A stretch of 54,727 nt of DNA, from the NCBI GenBank assembly GCA_036258335.1, contig DATADW010000382.1, positions 1 through 54,727 of the forward strand. Reading direction: 5' to 3'. A model generated the notes under the pieces. The model was not told where the DNA came from and ran no database searches. It was given only the letters and a program-made list of their open reading frames with translations. A program made the translations under genes and the position numbers. The first letter of the stretch is position 1, and every line of letters begins with the position of its first letter. This stretch comes from Acidimicrobiia bacterium (GTDB taxonomy: Bacteria > Actinomycetota > Acidimicrobiia > Spongiisociales > DATADW01). Below are positions 10,334 through 19,098 of this stretch, one piece after another.

Positions 10334-12529
10334 TCAGTCGACGGGTTCGGGGAGGGCGGCACTATCGAGGGCGGTGGCGAGGATCATGGCGATGTCCTGG
10401 ACACGGACATCATCTCCTCGCCCGATCTCCTTGACCCCGTCGTCGATCATCACGAGGCAGTACGGACAGGCGACGGCAACCGTAGAGGCGCCGGTGGCGA
10501 CGGCCTCCTCCGCACGCTCCACGTTGACCTTCTTCCCGGTGTGCTCCTCCATCCAGAATCGGGCGCCACCCGCCCCACAGCACATGGCGCGGTTGCCGCT
10601 GCGCGGCATCTCGATCAGGCTTCCGGCTGCACCGGATGCGGCAACCTCACGGGGCGGCAGGTACACGTCGTTGTGCCTCCCCAGATAACACGGGTCGTGG
10701 TAGGTGATCGCCCCATCACCGCCATCGGGCACCGGGACCAGACCGCGCCGCATGAGCTCGGCCAGTAGCTGGCTGTGGTGAATCACCTCGTATGTGCCGC
10801 CGAGTTGGGGGTACTCGTTGGCCAGCGTGTTGAAGCAATGCGGACACTGGGTCACCACGGTCCGCACCCCGAACTCGTCGAGGGTGGCGATGTTCTGCAG
10901 GGCGAGCTGCTGGAACACGTATTCGTTTCCGGACCGACGGGCGGGGTCACCGGTGCACAGCTCGCGTGGGCCGAGGATGGCGAAGTCGAGCCCGGCGTGG
11001 TGCATGAGCCGGGCCATCGACAACGTCACCGCCCGGTTGCGATCGTCAAAGGAGCCGGCGCACCCCACCCAGTAGAGGTAGTCGGCCGACTCAACACCGT
11101 CGCGACCGAGGACCGGTACCTCGAAGTCGAGTGACGCCGTCCAATCTGCCCTGGTCTGCTGACTCATGGCCCATGGGTTCGACTGGTTCTCCATGGCCAA
11201 ATACGCCTTGCCCAACTCGGGTGGGAAGTCGGACATCATGAGCGAGAGATGGCGTCGCATGTCGAGGATCTTGTCGAGGATCTCGATGTTCACCGGGCAG
11301 ATCTCGTCGCATGCCTTGCAGCTGGTGCAAGACCACACCTCTTCGGGCTGGATCCGCTCAAAGACGCTCGCCGAGCTGACCGTTATCCCATTTACGGTCT
11401 CCACCGGCGGCGACACTGCTGGATCACCGGTGAGGGCGGCGACCTCGCCGAGCTTGATGACGATCTCGCGGGGGTCGAGCGGCTTCCCGGTGAGCTGAGC
11501 TGGGCACACGGACGTGCAGCGACCGCAGATGGTGCAGGCATCGGTGTCGAGCAGCTGCTTCCAGGTGAACTCGGTGATCTGGGCGGCGCCCACGGACTCG
11601 ATGTCGTCGGTCTCCATCAGGTTGGGGACCGGCCGCATTGCCCCCTTGGGGCGCTGGTGTGGGGAGAGGACCATGTTCGCCGGTGAGGTGAACATGTGCC
11701 GCAGCTTCGTGGTGGGGAGAATCACCAGGAAGCCGCCGAAGGCGACGACATGTGCCACCCAGAACGTGCGGTGGAGAGCAACGGCCGCCGTCTCGGGGAC
11801 GAGGAAACTCAGCGGATAACCGACGAATGACCAAACCTCGAAGGCAGGCCTCCCGTCAACGACGATGCGAGCCGCCTCGGTGGCCAGCCCGCTGAGGCCG
11901 ATGACCGCCAGGATCGCCAGGATCCATCCGTCCTCGGGCTTGGTCTTGGAGCGGATCCGCCATGGGCGCTGCCCATAACGGCGGAGCGCTCCGAGGGCCA
12001 GCCCTCCCAGGAACACGAGCGACGCCAGGTCGAGGATCGCCGAGTAACCCTGGTACACCCTCCCCTCGAGGAACTTGAACTGGTCGGGGAGGATGTGGTC
12101 GATCTCCAGAGTCACCGTACCCAGGAAGAGGACGACGAAGCCCCAGTAGATCATGGAGTGCATCAACCCGGCGGCGGGGTCGCGCATCAGGGTCCGCATC
12201 GACAAACCGCGCAGGAGCTGGCGAAGCCGCTCCTTCCAGAGACCGAGACGCCGGTCGGGCCCGCCCCGTCCCCAGTTGCGCGCTCTCAGAGCGAACAGAT
12301 ACGCCGCGATGAACACCGCTGCACTAACCGCCACATAGAAGAGGACTACGACTGCCCCCGGGATGTTGCCGAAGACCTCGCGCCCGACCTCAGGACGTCT
12401 GTCGTCGAAGAGCTCTCCCAGCCACCAGAGCGCCAGCGTGCCACCTGCCAGCACAAATGCCAGACCGAGAAGGAACCCGGCGGCGGTGAATCTCCGCTTG
12501 CGCTCCTCGGTCGCCGCCGGCTCTGTCAT
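10334..12529 (-). CDS. Membrane-anchored (Fe-S)-binding oxidoreductase, HdrD/GlpC-like with CCG domains
   Basis: N-terminal multi-TM region, two 4Fe-4S motifs (CTICGRCTSVCPA, CTSCKACDEICPV) and CCG-type motifs (CPHCFNTL, YHDPCYLGRH). Start trimmed to ATG 12529, because the ORF-track extension lies inside a repeat element. Confidence 0.8.
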   Translation of the reverse strand: MTEPAATEERKRRFTAAGFLLGLAFVLAGGTLALWWLGELFDDRRPEVGREVFGNIPGAVVVLFYVAVSAAVFIAAYLFALRARNWGRGGPDRRLGLWKERLRQLLRGLSMRTLMRDPAAGLMHSMIYWGFVVLFLGTVTLEIDHILPDQFKFLEGRVYQGYSAILDLASLVFLGGLALGALRRYGQRPWRIRSKTKPEDGWILAILAVIGLSGLATEAARIVVDGRPAFEVWSFVGYPLSFLVPETAAVALHRTFWVAHVVAFGGFLVILPTTKLRHMFTSPANMVLSPHQRPKGAMRPVPNLMETDDIESVGAAQITEFTWKQLLDTDACTICGRCTSVCPAQLTGKPLDPREIVIKLGEVAALTGDPAVSPPVETVNGITVSSASVFERIQPEEVWSCTSCKACDEICPVNIEILDKILDMRRHLSLMMSDFPPELGKAYLAMENQSNPWAMSQQTRADWTASLDFEVPVLGRDGVESADYLYWVGCAGSFDDRNRAVTLSMARLMHHAGLDFAILGPRELCTGDPARRSGNEYVFQQLALQNIATLDEFGVRTVVTQCPHCFNTLANEYPQLGGTYEVIHHSQLLAELMRRGLVPVPDGGDGAITYHDPCYLGRHNDVYLPPREVAASGAAGSLIEMPRSGNRAMCCGAGGARFWMEEHTGKKVNVERAEEAVATGASTVAVACPYCLVMIDDGVKEIGRGDDVRVQDIAMILATALDSAALPEPVD

Positions 12530-12540
12530 GCGCCGCCGAG

Positions 12541-12736
12541 AATAGGTGGTCAGTGGTAAGCGGTAGGTGGTGGGGGTCCTCGCCTCCCCGGTGAGGGGGA
12601 GGCGCCAGCGGAGCGAGCGGAGAGGGTGATTCGCGCCGTTGGGAGTCCGCCAGCTCCCCACCCACTGCTCCGCAGCGGCGCCCTTCCCCCCTGCGGGGGG
12701 ACGGATTCGGATTGGCTGCCGTCTTCCGTCTTCAGC
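12541..12736. repeat. Intergenic mosaic repeat, copy E1
   Basis: Contains hairpin CGCCTCCCC-GGTGA-GGGGAGGCG (12581-12604), core CGCGCCGTTGGGAGTCCGCCA (12632-12652), hairpin CCACTGCTCCGCAGCGG, hairpin CCCCCCTGCGGGGGG and terminal GCCGTCTTCCGTCTTC. Long matches to 49065-49185 (reverse complement) and 45290-45575. Confidence 0.8.
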
Positions 12737-13519
12737 CTAGGTCTCGGATTGCTCTCCGTCGCCGGTGGCAGGCATTGCCTCGACCGGGGTTGCTTCGGGG
12801 ACCTCGGTTTCGAGACCAAGCTCCCGCCGCAGCTCTTCCAGCTTGGCGTCGGCGCCCGCCACCGAGATCGCCTCGCGCAGCTCGGCTTCGGCACCTGCGG
12901 GTGTCGCCTCCCTCAGCTCGGTGCGCGCCTTGGCTGAGGCGAGCCGCTGGTTGATCTTGTCCTCGACCTTTTCCAGCGAGGGCGCCTCGGACTCCATGTT
13001 GGCCGAGATCGACTCGACCGCCGAGTTGACCGCTTCCTGCATGCGCGCTTGTTGCAGCGAGCCGAGGAGCTGCATCCGCCTAGCGGCGAGTTCTTGGAGT
13101 CGCATGGCGTTCTGCTGGACGGCGCCCTTGGCGGCGTCGGCCTGACCCACCGCCATCTCGTACTGGTCCTTGAGCGATTCGAGGTTGTTCTCTGCAGCCT
13201 GCAGCTTGAGCGCCAGGCTCTGCGCCGCCTGGTTCCACTTGCTCTCCGCCGCGGTGTCGCCGGCCGTCTTGGCCGAATCCCCCCTGAGCAATGCCTGCTT
13301 CGCCATCTCGCGCGTCTCGCCGACTGAGTCGGCCGACTGCTCGAGCTTCTGCTCGAGTTGGGTTCGGTGGGCGATCACCTTGGCCGCCTGGTTCCGAAGC
13401 TCCTGGTCGCGCTTGCGAGCCTCGGTGATGGCCACCTCGATCTCGACCTCGGGGTCCATGGCCCGCTCGGCCGTGCCGCGAAACCACTGCTTGATGTAAC
13501 TCCAGATGCGCCTGAACAT
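12737..13519 (-). CDS. pspA: PspA/IM30-family membrane-stress protein
   Basis: 260 aa. N-terminus MFRRIWSYIKQWFRGTAERAMDPEVEIEVAITEARKRDQEL followed by long coiled-coil. AGGAGG lies 9 nt upstream of the ATG. Confidence 0.85.
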   Translation of the reverse strand: MFRRIWSYIKQWFRGTAERAMDPEVEIEVAITEARKRDQELRNQAAKVIAHRTQLEQKLEQSADSVGETREMAKQALLRGDSAKTAGDTAAESKWNQAAQSLALKLQAAENNLESLKDQYEMAVGQADAAKGAVQQNAMRLQELAARRMQLLGSLQQARMQEAVNSAVESISANMESEAPSLEKVEDKINQRLASAKARTELREATPAGAEAELREAISVAGADAKLEELRRELGLETEVPEATPVEAMPATGDGEQSET

Positions 13520-13579
13520 CGTTGCCCCGCCTCCTGACTGTTAGAAGCCGATCCTAAACCCGCTTAGTCGCTTGGTCTC

Positions 13580-13601
13580 CAGCCAGGGCGCCACCTGGCT
13601 G
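13580..13601 (-). terminator. Hairpin immediately downstream of the bcp stop
   Basis: CAGCCAG-GGCGCCAC-CTGGCTG forms a 7-bp stem. There is no U-tract. Confidence 0.25.
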
Positions 13602-13611
13602 AGCTTGCCCC

Positions 13612-14076
13612 TCAGCCGTTGAGCAGCTCTGAGGTGACCTTGGCGACGTGTCCCTTGGCCCTGACGTTGCGCCATGCCCGGACGATCTTCCCCCCATCCC
13701 CCACGAGGAACGTGGAGCGGATGAGGCCATCGAACTTCTTCCCATACAGGTTCTTTGTCCCCCAAGCGCCGAACGCCTCGGCTACCGCATGGTCCTCGTC
13801 GGACAGGAGCTGGAAGGGAAGCCCCTCCTTCGCTCTGAACTTGGCGTTGCGGTCCGGACGATCCGGGCTGATCCCCACCACTTGATACCCGGCCTCCTGC
13901 ATCGTCTCGTAGCTGTCCCTGAAGTCGCACGCCTCGGCGGTGCACCCCGGGGTCATGGCCGCCGGGTAGAAGAAGATGACCGTGGGCGTGCTGTAGAGCT
14001 CCGCAGACGACACCTCAGCACCGGTCTCGTCAACGAGTGTGAACGTAGGGGCGCGGTCGCCGACCTCGGTTGTCAT
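13612..14076 (-). CDS. bcp: Thiol peroxidase Bcp (peroxiredoxin Q)
   Basis: 154 aa. Motif FFYPAAMTPGCTAEACDF contains the peroxidatic and resolving Cys. Confidence 0.9.
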   Translation of the reverse strand: MTTEVGDRAPTFTLVDETGAEVSSAELYSTPTVIFFYPAAMTPGCTAEACDFRDSYETMQEAGYQVVGISPDRPDRNAKFRAKEGLPFQLLSDEDHAVAEAFGAWGTKNLYGKKFDGLIRSTFLVGDGGKIVRAWRNVRAKGHVAKVTSELLNG

Positions 14077-14185
14077 GTGTTCTCCATACGGGTGAGGTTA
14101 TTGGCTTCTCGCCCGGTGCGAGGCTCCCGCCGGTTGATCCGTCCGTGCCCGCTGCAAGATGGCATCGCCGATCCGCTGAGTCGGT

Positions 14186-15100
14186 TCAGCCGCCGAACAG
14201 GGCCCGCAGGAAGAACGACACGTTGGCCGGACGCTCCGCCAGTCTCCTGGTGAGGTAGGGGTACCACTGCGAGCCGTAGGGGACATACACGCGGAGTCTC
14301 TGGGCCGCCTCCACCAGCCTCCGCTGCAGCGGCTGCCTGACCCCGTACAGCATCTGGAACTCGAAGGGGTTGGCTCTGCCCTGGGCGAGGATCAAAGCGA
14401 TCTCGACGAGACGCTCGTCGTGGGTGGCTATTGCGGGCATACAGCTCTCCTCCGCCATCAGACGAGACATGAGGAGGGCGAAGTTGCCGTCGACAGCTTC
14501 CTTGCTCTGCATGGCGACTTCGGGTGGCTCGGCGTATGCCCCTTTGCACAGCCGGATGTGACCACCGAGAGGTGCCACCGCCGCCAAGTCGGCGGCGGTG
14601 CGATGCAGGCAGGACTGGATGGCTAGCCCCAGGTTCCCGGCCTCCTGCTGGGCCTCGGCGTAGAGACGGACCGTGGCCTCGGTCCAACGGCTGTCTTCCA
14701 TGTCCACGGACACCGTCATCCCGGCATCGCCCGCCGCCGCGGCCAGCTCCTTGAGCTGCTTGCTCGCCAGGTCATCGTCAACGCCCATGCCGAGCTGGGT
14801 GAGCTTCACCGAGATGTTGCCGTCGATCCCTTGCTGGGCGATTTGCTCGATGCAGTCGAGGTAGACCCGTTGGGCGCCGCGGCAGGCGGCGGGATCACCC
14901 ACTTCCTCGCCGAGGTGATCGAGCGACGCCCGAATACCCTGCTCGTTGAGCTCGCGGGCGGCCGCCAGCCCCTCGGCCAGCGACTCCCCGGCGACAAATC
15001 GATGCGCAAGCGACAGACCGGCTGAAGTGCGGGTGAAGGCGGCACGCACCGGCGGGAACCGGGTCGCCGCCAGCACCGCCCCGGTAAACGCGCCCGGCAT
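14186..15100 (-). CDS. Monofunctional proline dehydrogenase
   Basis: 304 aa. SLDHLGEEV, ISVKLTQLG, VDMEDSRW, IRLCKGAY, FEFQMLYGVR and the C-terminal YVPYGSQWYPYLTRRLAERPANVSFFLR. Confidence 0.85.
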   Translation of the reverse strand: MPGAFTGAVLAATRFPPVRAAFTRTSAGLSLAHRFVAGESLAEGLAAARELNEQGIRASLDHLGEEVGDPAACRGAQRVYLDCIEQIAQQGIDGNISVKLTQLGMGVDDDLASKQLKELAAAAGDAGMTVSVDMEDSRWTEATVRLYAEAQQEAGNLGLAIQSCLHRTAADLAAVAPLGGHIRLCKGAYAEPPEVAMQSKEAVDGNFALLMSRLMAEESCMPAIATHDERLVEIALILAQGRANPFEFQMLYGVRQPLQRRLVEAAQRLRVYVPYGSQWYPYLTRRLAERPANVSFFLRALFGG

Positions 15101-15102
15101 GC

Positions 15103-15927
15103 TCAGTCGTCGCTTTCCGCCGCCGAACCGAGCTGGCGGGCGCGCTCGGCGGCGGCCCGGACCGCGTCCTCGACGATCGCCCGGAAGCCTCGCTCCTCCA
15201 ACACATGGACGGCGGCGGCGGTGGTCCCCCCAGGCGATGTGACCTGGGAACGCAGCTCGAAGGGGCCCAAATCGGTCTCGACCAGCAGGGCACCGGCGCC
15301 CTTGATGGTCTGGTTGACCAGGCGTTCGGCGAGATCGCGGGGCAATCCCTCGCGGACCGCCGCTTCGGTCAGCGCCTCGGCGAGAAGGAATGCATATGCC
15401 GGCCCTGTCCCGGAGACCGCGGTAACCGCATCCAACAGCGCCTCATCCATCACGGTCACCTCGCCAGCAGCCCGTAGCACCGAGGCGGCGAGGTCGACCG
15501 CGTTCTGGTCGGCATGGCTACCGGGGGAGATCCCGGTGATCCCCTCCCCCACGAGAGCCGGGGTGTTGGGCATTGCCCGCACCACTCCGACCCGGCCAAT
15601 TGCCTCCTCGAGAAGCTTGGTGCGAACCCCGGCGGCAAGCGTCAGCACGACCTGATGTTCGGTGACAGCACCAGCGATCTGGCCGAGCAGCACCGGGACG
15701 TCGATCGGCTTCACCGAGACAACCACCAGATCCGCGCCTTCGAGCGCCTTGGCCGGATCGAGGAGACATCTCACCCCGACCCTCTCCTCGACATCGGCGG
15801 CCCTCTCCGGGCGGCGCGCCGCAAGCGTGATCTCATCAGCCTGCCAACCGGCGCGGAGCAGCCCGAGGGCCAGCGCCTGACCCATGGCGCCAGCGCCGAG
15901 GATGGCGACGGTTGGTCGCTCGCTCAT
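15103..15927 (-). CDS. proC: Pyrroline-5-carboxylate reductase
   Basis: Trimmed to ATG 15927 (MSERPTVAILGAGAMGQALALGL), a Rossmann GxGxxG. C-terminal VTSPGGTTAAAVHVLE motif. ATGA overlap with the udk stop. Confidence 0.85.
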   Translation of the reverse strand: MSERPTVAILGAGAMGQALALGLLRAGWQADEITLAARRPERAADVEERVGVRCLLDPAKALEGADLVVVSVKPIDVPVLLGQIAGAVTEHQVVLTLAAGVRTKLLEEAIGRVGVVRAMPNTPALVGEGITGISPGSHADQNAVDLAASVLRAAGEVTVMDEALLDAVTAVSGTGPAYAFLLAEALTEAAVREGLPRDLAERLVNQTIKGAGALLVETDLGPFELRSQVTSPGGTTAAAVHVLEERGFRAIVEDAVRAAAERARQLGSAAESDD

Positions 15928-16625
15928 GGCGTTGAGACAGTAGACAATGGCGATTGGCGGAGGTGGTCCCGCAGCATTCCTCCCACGGTGCGCACTGCGC
16001 TCGGCTTGAAGCCCTCGGGGATGATGATGTCGGCGTACCGCTTCGAGGGTTCGACGAACTGGAGGTGCATAGGCCGGACCGTCGCCTCGTACTGATCGAT
16101 CACCGATGCAAAGGTGCGCCCCCGGTCGCGGGTGTCGCGCCGCAGGCGGCGCAGCAATCGAAGGTCTGCGTCGGCATCGACGTAGATCTTCAGATCGCAC
16201 CGCCGGCGCAACTCGGGCTCGGCCAGGATCATCAGACCCTCGATCAAGATCACAGCGCGGGGGTCGACCACCGCGGTCTCGTCCATCCGCAGGTGGGCGG
16301 CGAAGTCGTAGCGGGGCTTGAGCACACGCCTCCCGGCGAGCAGGTCCTCCAGGTGTTCGAGCATCAGGTCGGTCTCGAAGGAATCGGGGTGGTCGTAGTT
16401 GATGGCAGCCCGATCCTCGAAGGGGAGATCGGGACGGTGGTGGTAGTAGCCGTCGTGCTCGAGGACGGCGACCGCATCGCTGCCCACTTGCGACACCAAC
16501 TCCTGAGCGATGAGCGACTTCCCCGATGCCGAACCCCCGGCGATGCCCACCACGAGTGGCTTGCCAAGCGGCCAGGAAGCGACCAGATCGGCTGTGATCG
16601 GGGGGCGATGGCTGAGGCCGGACAC
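15924..16625 (-). CDS. udk: Uridine kinase
   Basis: P-loop GIAGGSASGKS, NYDHPDSFE, and DADADLRLLRRLRRDTRDRGR...VRPMHLQFVEPSKRYADIIIPEG. Confidence 0.9.
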   Translation of the reverse strand: MSGLSHRPPITADLVASWPLGKPLVVGIAGGSASGKSLIAQELVSQVGSDAVAVLEHDGYYHHRPDLPFEDRAAINYDHPDSFETDLMLEHLEDLLAGRRVLKPRYDFAAHLRMDETAVVDPRAVILIEGLMILAEPELRRRCDLKIYVDADADLRLLRRLRRDTRDRGRTFASVIDQYEATVRPMHLQFVEPSKRYADIIIPEGFKPSAVRTVGGMLRDHLRQSPLSTVSTP

Positions 16626-16645
16626 GGTATGGGATCAGAGCGGTC

Positions 16646-17203
16646 TCATCGACCGCTCTTCATCTCGCGCTTGCGCGCCCTGAGGTCGGCCACGTCTTCC
16701 CATCTGGCCACGTCGGCGATCGATGGCCAGTCAGCGGCCACTTGCTCCCAGCCGGGCGGGCCAAGACCAAGGCGCTTGCCCACGATGCCGACGAAGATGC
16801 GCGCCTTCTGCACACCAAATCCGGGGAGCTCACGCAGCCTCTTGAGGAGTTCGTCCCCACTCTCGGCGGTTTGCCAGAGCAGCTCTGCCATCCCCCGATA
16901 CTTCTCGAGCAGCATGCCGCAGAGCTCCTGGGTCCGCTTCGCCATCGAACCGGGGTAGCGGTGGATTGCCGGGGGCCCGCGGAAGATCGCTGCCAGGTGG
17001 TCGGGGTCAGTCTCGGCGATCACCGTGCAATCGAGCTGTTTCCCGAGCCTCTCTTGGAGCAGATAGGGACCGTAGAAAGCCCGCTCCATGGGGAACTGCT
17101 GGTCGAGCAGCATCCCAATGAGGAGCGCCAGCCCGCTCTCGGCGAGAAACCGGTCGGCGTCGGCGTTTCCGGTCCATGGCAGCGATTCGGGATGTGCGCC
17201 CAT
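16646..17203 (-). CDS. HhH-GPD-type base-excision DNA repair protein
   Basis: 185 aa. LIGMLLDQQFPMERAF...LRELPGFGVQKARIFVGIVGKRLG carries the helix-hairpin-helix GFG motif. Confidence 0.65.
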   Translation of the reverse strand: MGAHPESLPWTGNADADRFLAESGLALLIGMLLDQQFPMERAFYGPYLLQERLGKQLDCTVIAETDPDHLAAIFRGPPAIHRYPGSMAKRTQELCGMLLEKYRGMAELLWQTAESGDELLKRLRELPGFGVQKARIFVGIVGKRLGLGPPGWEQVAADWPSIADVARWEDVADLRARKREMKSGR

Positions 17204-17213
17204 CGCCCCGAAC

Positions 17214-18803
17214 CTAGCCGCCTGCGGCGGTCCGCTTCATGCCGGAGACGGCGGCCCGGATAATCATGTCGGCCGCCTTTTCCGCCAGCATCACGGTCGG
17301 TGCGTTGGTGTGCCCCCGGTTGATCACTGGGATGACCGAGGCGTCCACCACCCGAAGCCCCCCGATGCCACGAACCCGCAGCTCGGGATCGACCACAGCC
17401 TCGTCATCGGTGCCCATCCTGCAGGTGCCCACCGGGTGGTAGAGCGTCTCCACCTCTCGACGCACGAACTCGGCGATGGCGTCGTGGTCCTCGGCTTCGC
17501 CGGGCGCAGGCTCGATCGGTTCGCCGCGGTAGGCGGCGAGTGCCGGCTGCTCGGCGATCCGGCGAGCCAGACCGACCCCGTGCACCATCACCTCGAGGTC
17601 TGCGGGATCAACGAAGTAGTTGGGGTCAATGAGCGGTGGGCCGAGCGGGTCGGCCGAGGCCAGGCGGATCGAGCCCCGGCTGCGGGGCTGGAGGCAAATA
17701 GGGGCGACGGTGAACCCGTGCCCAGGGGGGCCGGCCAGTCCGTGATCGATGAACGGAACCGGTCCGAACAGCAGCTCCAGATCGGGTCCGGCGAGATCAG
17801 GGCGGGTCTCCACCATGGCGAAGGCCTCGGCCAGGTTCGACGTGAGCATGCCGCGCCTTGCCACCAAGTAACGGGCAAGCTGGCCTGGGGTCTCGGCGGC
17901 GGCGAGGCTCACTGGCCGCGGTGTCGACCACGCCACTGCGACCGCCGGGTGGTCGTGGAGGTTGCGACCCACGCCGGGGAGGTCAACAACCGGGCGAACC
18001 CCCACCTCCTCGAGCTCGGAAGCCGGACCGATGCCGGACACAAGCAGCAGTTGTGGCGATCCGATGGCTCCCCCGGCGACGATGACCTCGCGCCCGGCCA
18101 CCGCCTCGTCTTCGGTGTCCCCGCGGCGGTAGGCCACGCCCCGAGCGCGGCCCTCGCCTATAAGCACCCCTAGGGCATGGACACTGGTCATGACATCCAG
18201 GTTGTGGCGGCGTCGGGCCGGCTTCAGGTAGGCATCTGCGCTGCTGTGCCGCTGGCCTTTTCGCTGGGTTACCTGGGTGAAGTCGACCCCCTCGCAACCG
18301 TCCCGGTCCACATTCGGATTTCTCTGGTGGCCAGCCTGCTCGGCCGCGGCGACGAAGGCACGGGTGAGCGGGTTCGGATCCCGCAACTCGGACACCCAGA
18401 GTGGTCCCACCGAGCCGTCACGTTCCCGGCCCTCCGCCCGGTCGAAGTACCTGCTGACACCGCTCCACCCCCAGCCCGGATTGCCCGCCGCCTCCCAGGC
18501 GTCATAGTCGGCAGGACCGCCTCGGACCCACATCTGGGCGTTGAGCGAAGAGCTACCACCAAGGGTCTTGCCCCTCGGCCAGAAGAGCTGCCGCCCGCCA
18601 AGCATGCGCTGCGGGACGGTGTGGAAGGCCCAGTCGCGCTCACCATTGAACAGCTTGGTGAAGGCGGCCGGGATATGTATTTCCTTACTGTTGTCGGGTG
18701 GCCCGGCCTCGAGCAACAGAACGCTCACCGCTGGATCTTCGCTGAGGCGGGCGGCGAGCACGCACCCCGCCGAGCCTGCTCCGACGATCACATAGTCGTG
18801 CAT
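17214..18803 (-). CDS. GMC-family FAD oxidoreductase (choline-dehydrogenase-like)
   Basis: Trimmed to ATG 18803 (MHDYVIVGAGSAGCVLAARLSEDP), with GAAGGAG upstream. The C-terminal HPVGTCRMG motif is present. Confidence 0.85.
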   Translation of the reverse strand: MHDYVIVGAGSAGCVLAARLSEDPAVSVLLLEAGPPDNSKEIHIPAAFTKLFNGERDWAFHTVPQRMLGGRQLFWPRGKTLGGSSSLNAQMWVRGGPADYDAWEAAGNPGWGWSGVSRYFDRAEGRERDGSVGPLWVSELRDPNPLTRAFVAAAEQAGHQRNPNVDRDGCEGVDFTQVTQRKGQRHSSADAYLKPARRRHNLDVMTSVHALGVLIGEGRARGVAYRRGDTEDEAVAGREVIVAGGAIGSPQLLLVSGIGPASELEEVGVRPVVDLPGVGRNLHDHPAVAVAWSTPRPVSLAAAETPGQLARYLVARRGMLTSNLAEAFAMVETRPDLAGPDLELLFGPVPFIDHGLAGPPGHGFTVAPICLQPRSRGSIRLASADPLGPPLIDPNYFVDPADLEVMVHGVGLARRIAEQPALAAYRGEPIEPAPGEAEDHDAIAEFVRREVETLYHPVGTCRMGTDDEAVVDPELRVRGIGGLRVVDASVIPVINRGHTNAPTVMLAEKAADMIIRAAVSGMKRTAAGG

Positions 18804-18865
18804 CTCCAGCTCTCCTTCGCTGGTCTTACTCCATTCTGGAGCAATAGCGATGAGCCAGGTCGAGC

Positions 18866-19021
18866 TCAGATGGTGCGTAACCAGGCGAAGAGCACCCATA
18901 CTACGAGCAGCAACGCCGGGGCAAGTCCCAAGAGAATCAGTCCTCGCCTCGTGCGCTCGGGTGGGATGTTTCGTGCTTCGGTTCCTGTGGTTCGCAGACG
19001 GTGAATCTCCGGCTTGGTCAT
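18866..19021 (-). CDS. Possible 51-aa single-TM small protein upstream of the GMC oxidoreductase
   Basis: MTKPEIHRLRTTGTEARNIPPERTRRGLILLGLAPALLLVVWVLFAWLRTI has a basic head and one TM segment. GC3 is visibly lower than in neighbouring genes, so coding status is doubtful. Confidence 0.25.
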   Translation of the reverse strand: MTKPEIHRLRTTGTEARNIPPERTRRGLILLGLAPALLLVVWVLFAWLRTI

Positions 19022-19098
19022 TCCCTGACGAGCCAGCCGGGAGGTCGCTGATACCACCGATCTCCGCCGAGACGACAGCCCCGGGATAACCTCGCGAA

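Noticed and set aside
15954-18173. Long plus-strand ORFs (15954-16958, 17088-18173) opposite udk, the HhH-GPD gene and the GMC oxidoreductase. Similar shadow ORFs occur at 84-623, 1464-2087, 4150-5007, 20023-21451, 23416-24510, 25742-26932, 31241-32463, 33192-34151, 41749-42660, 42957-43841 and 50697-51845.
   Set aside because: Each lies antisense or out of frame to a CDS with clear family motifs. They show no recognisable motifs and have R/G/P/A-dominated composition, so they are treated as high-GC artefacts.
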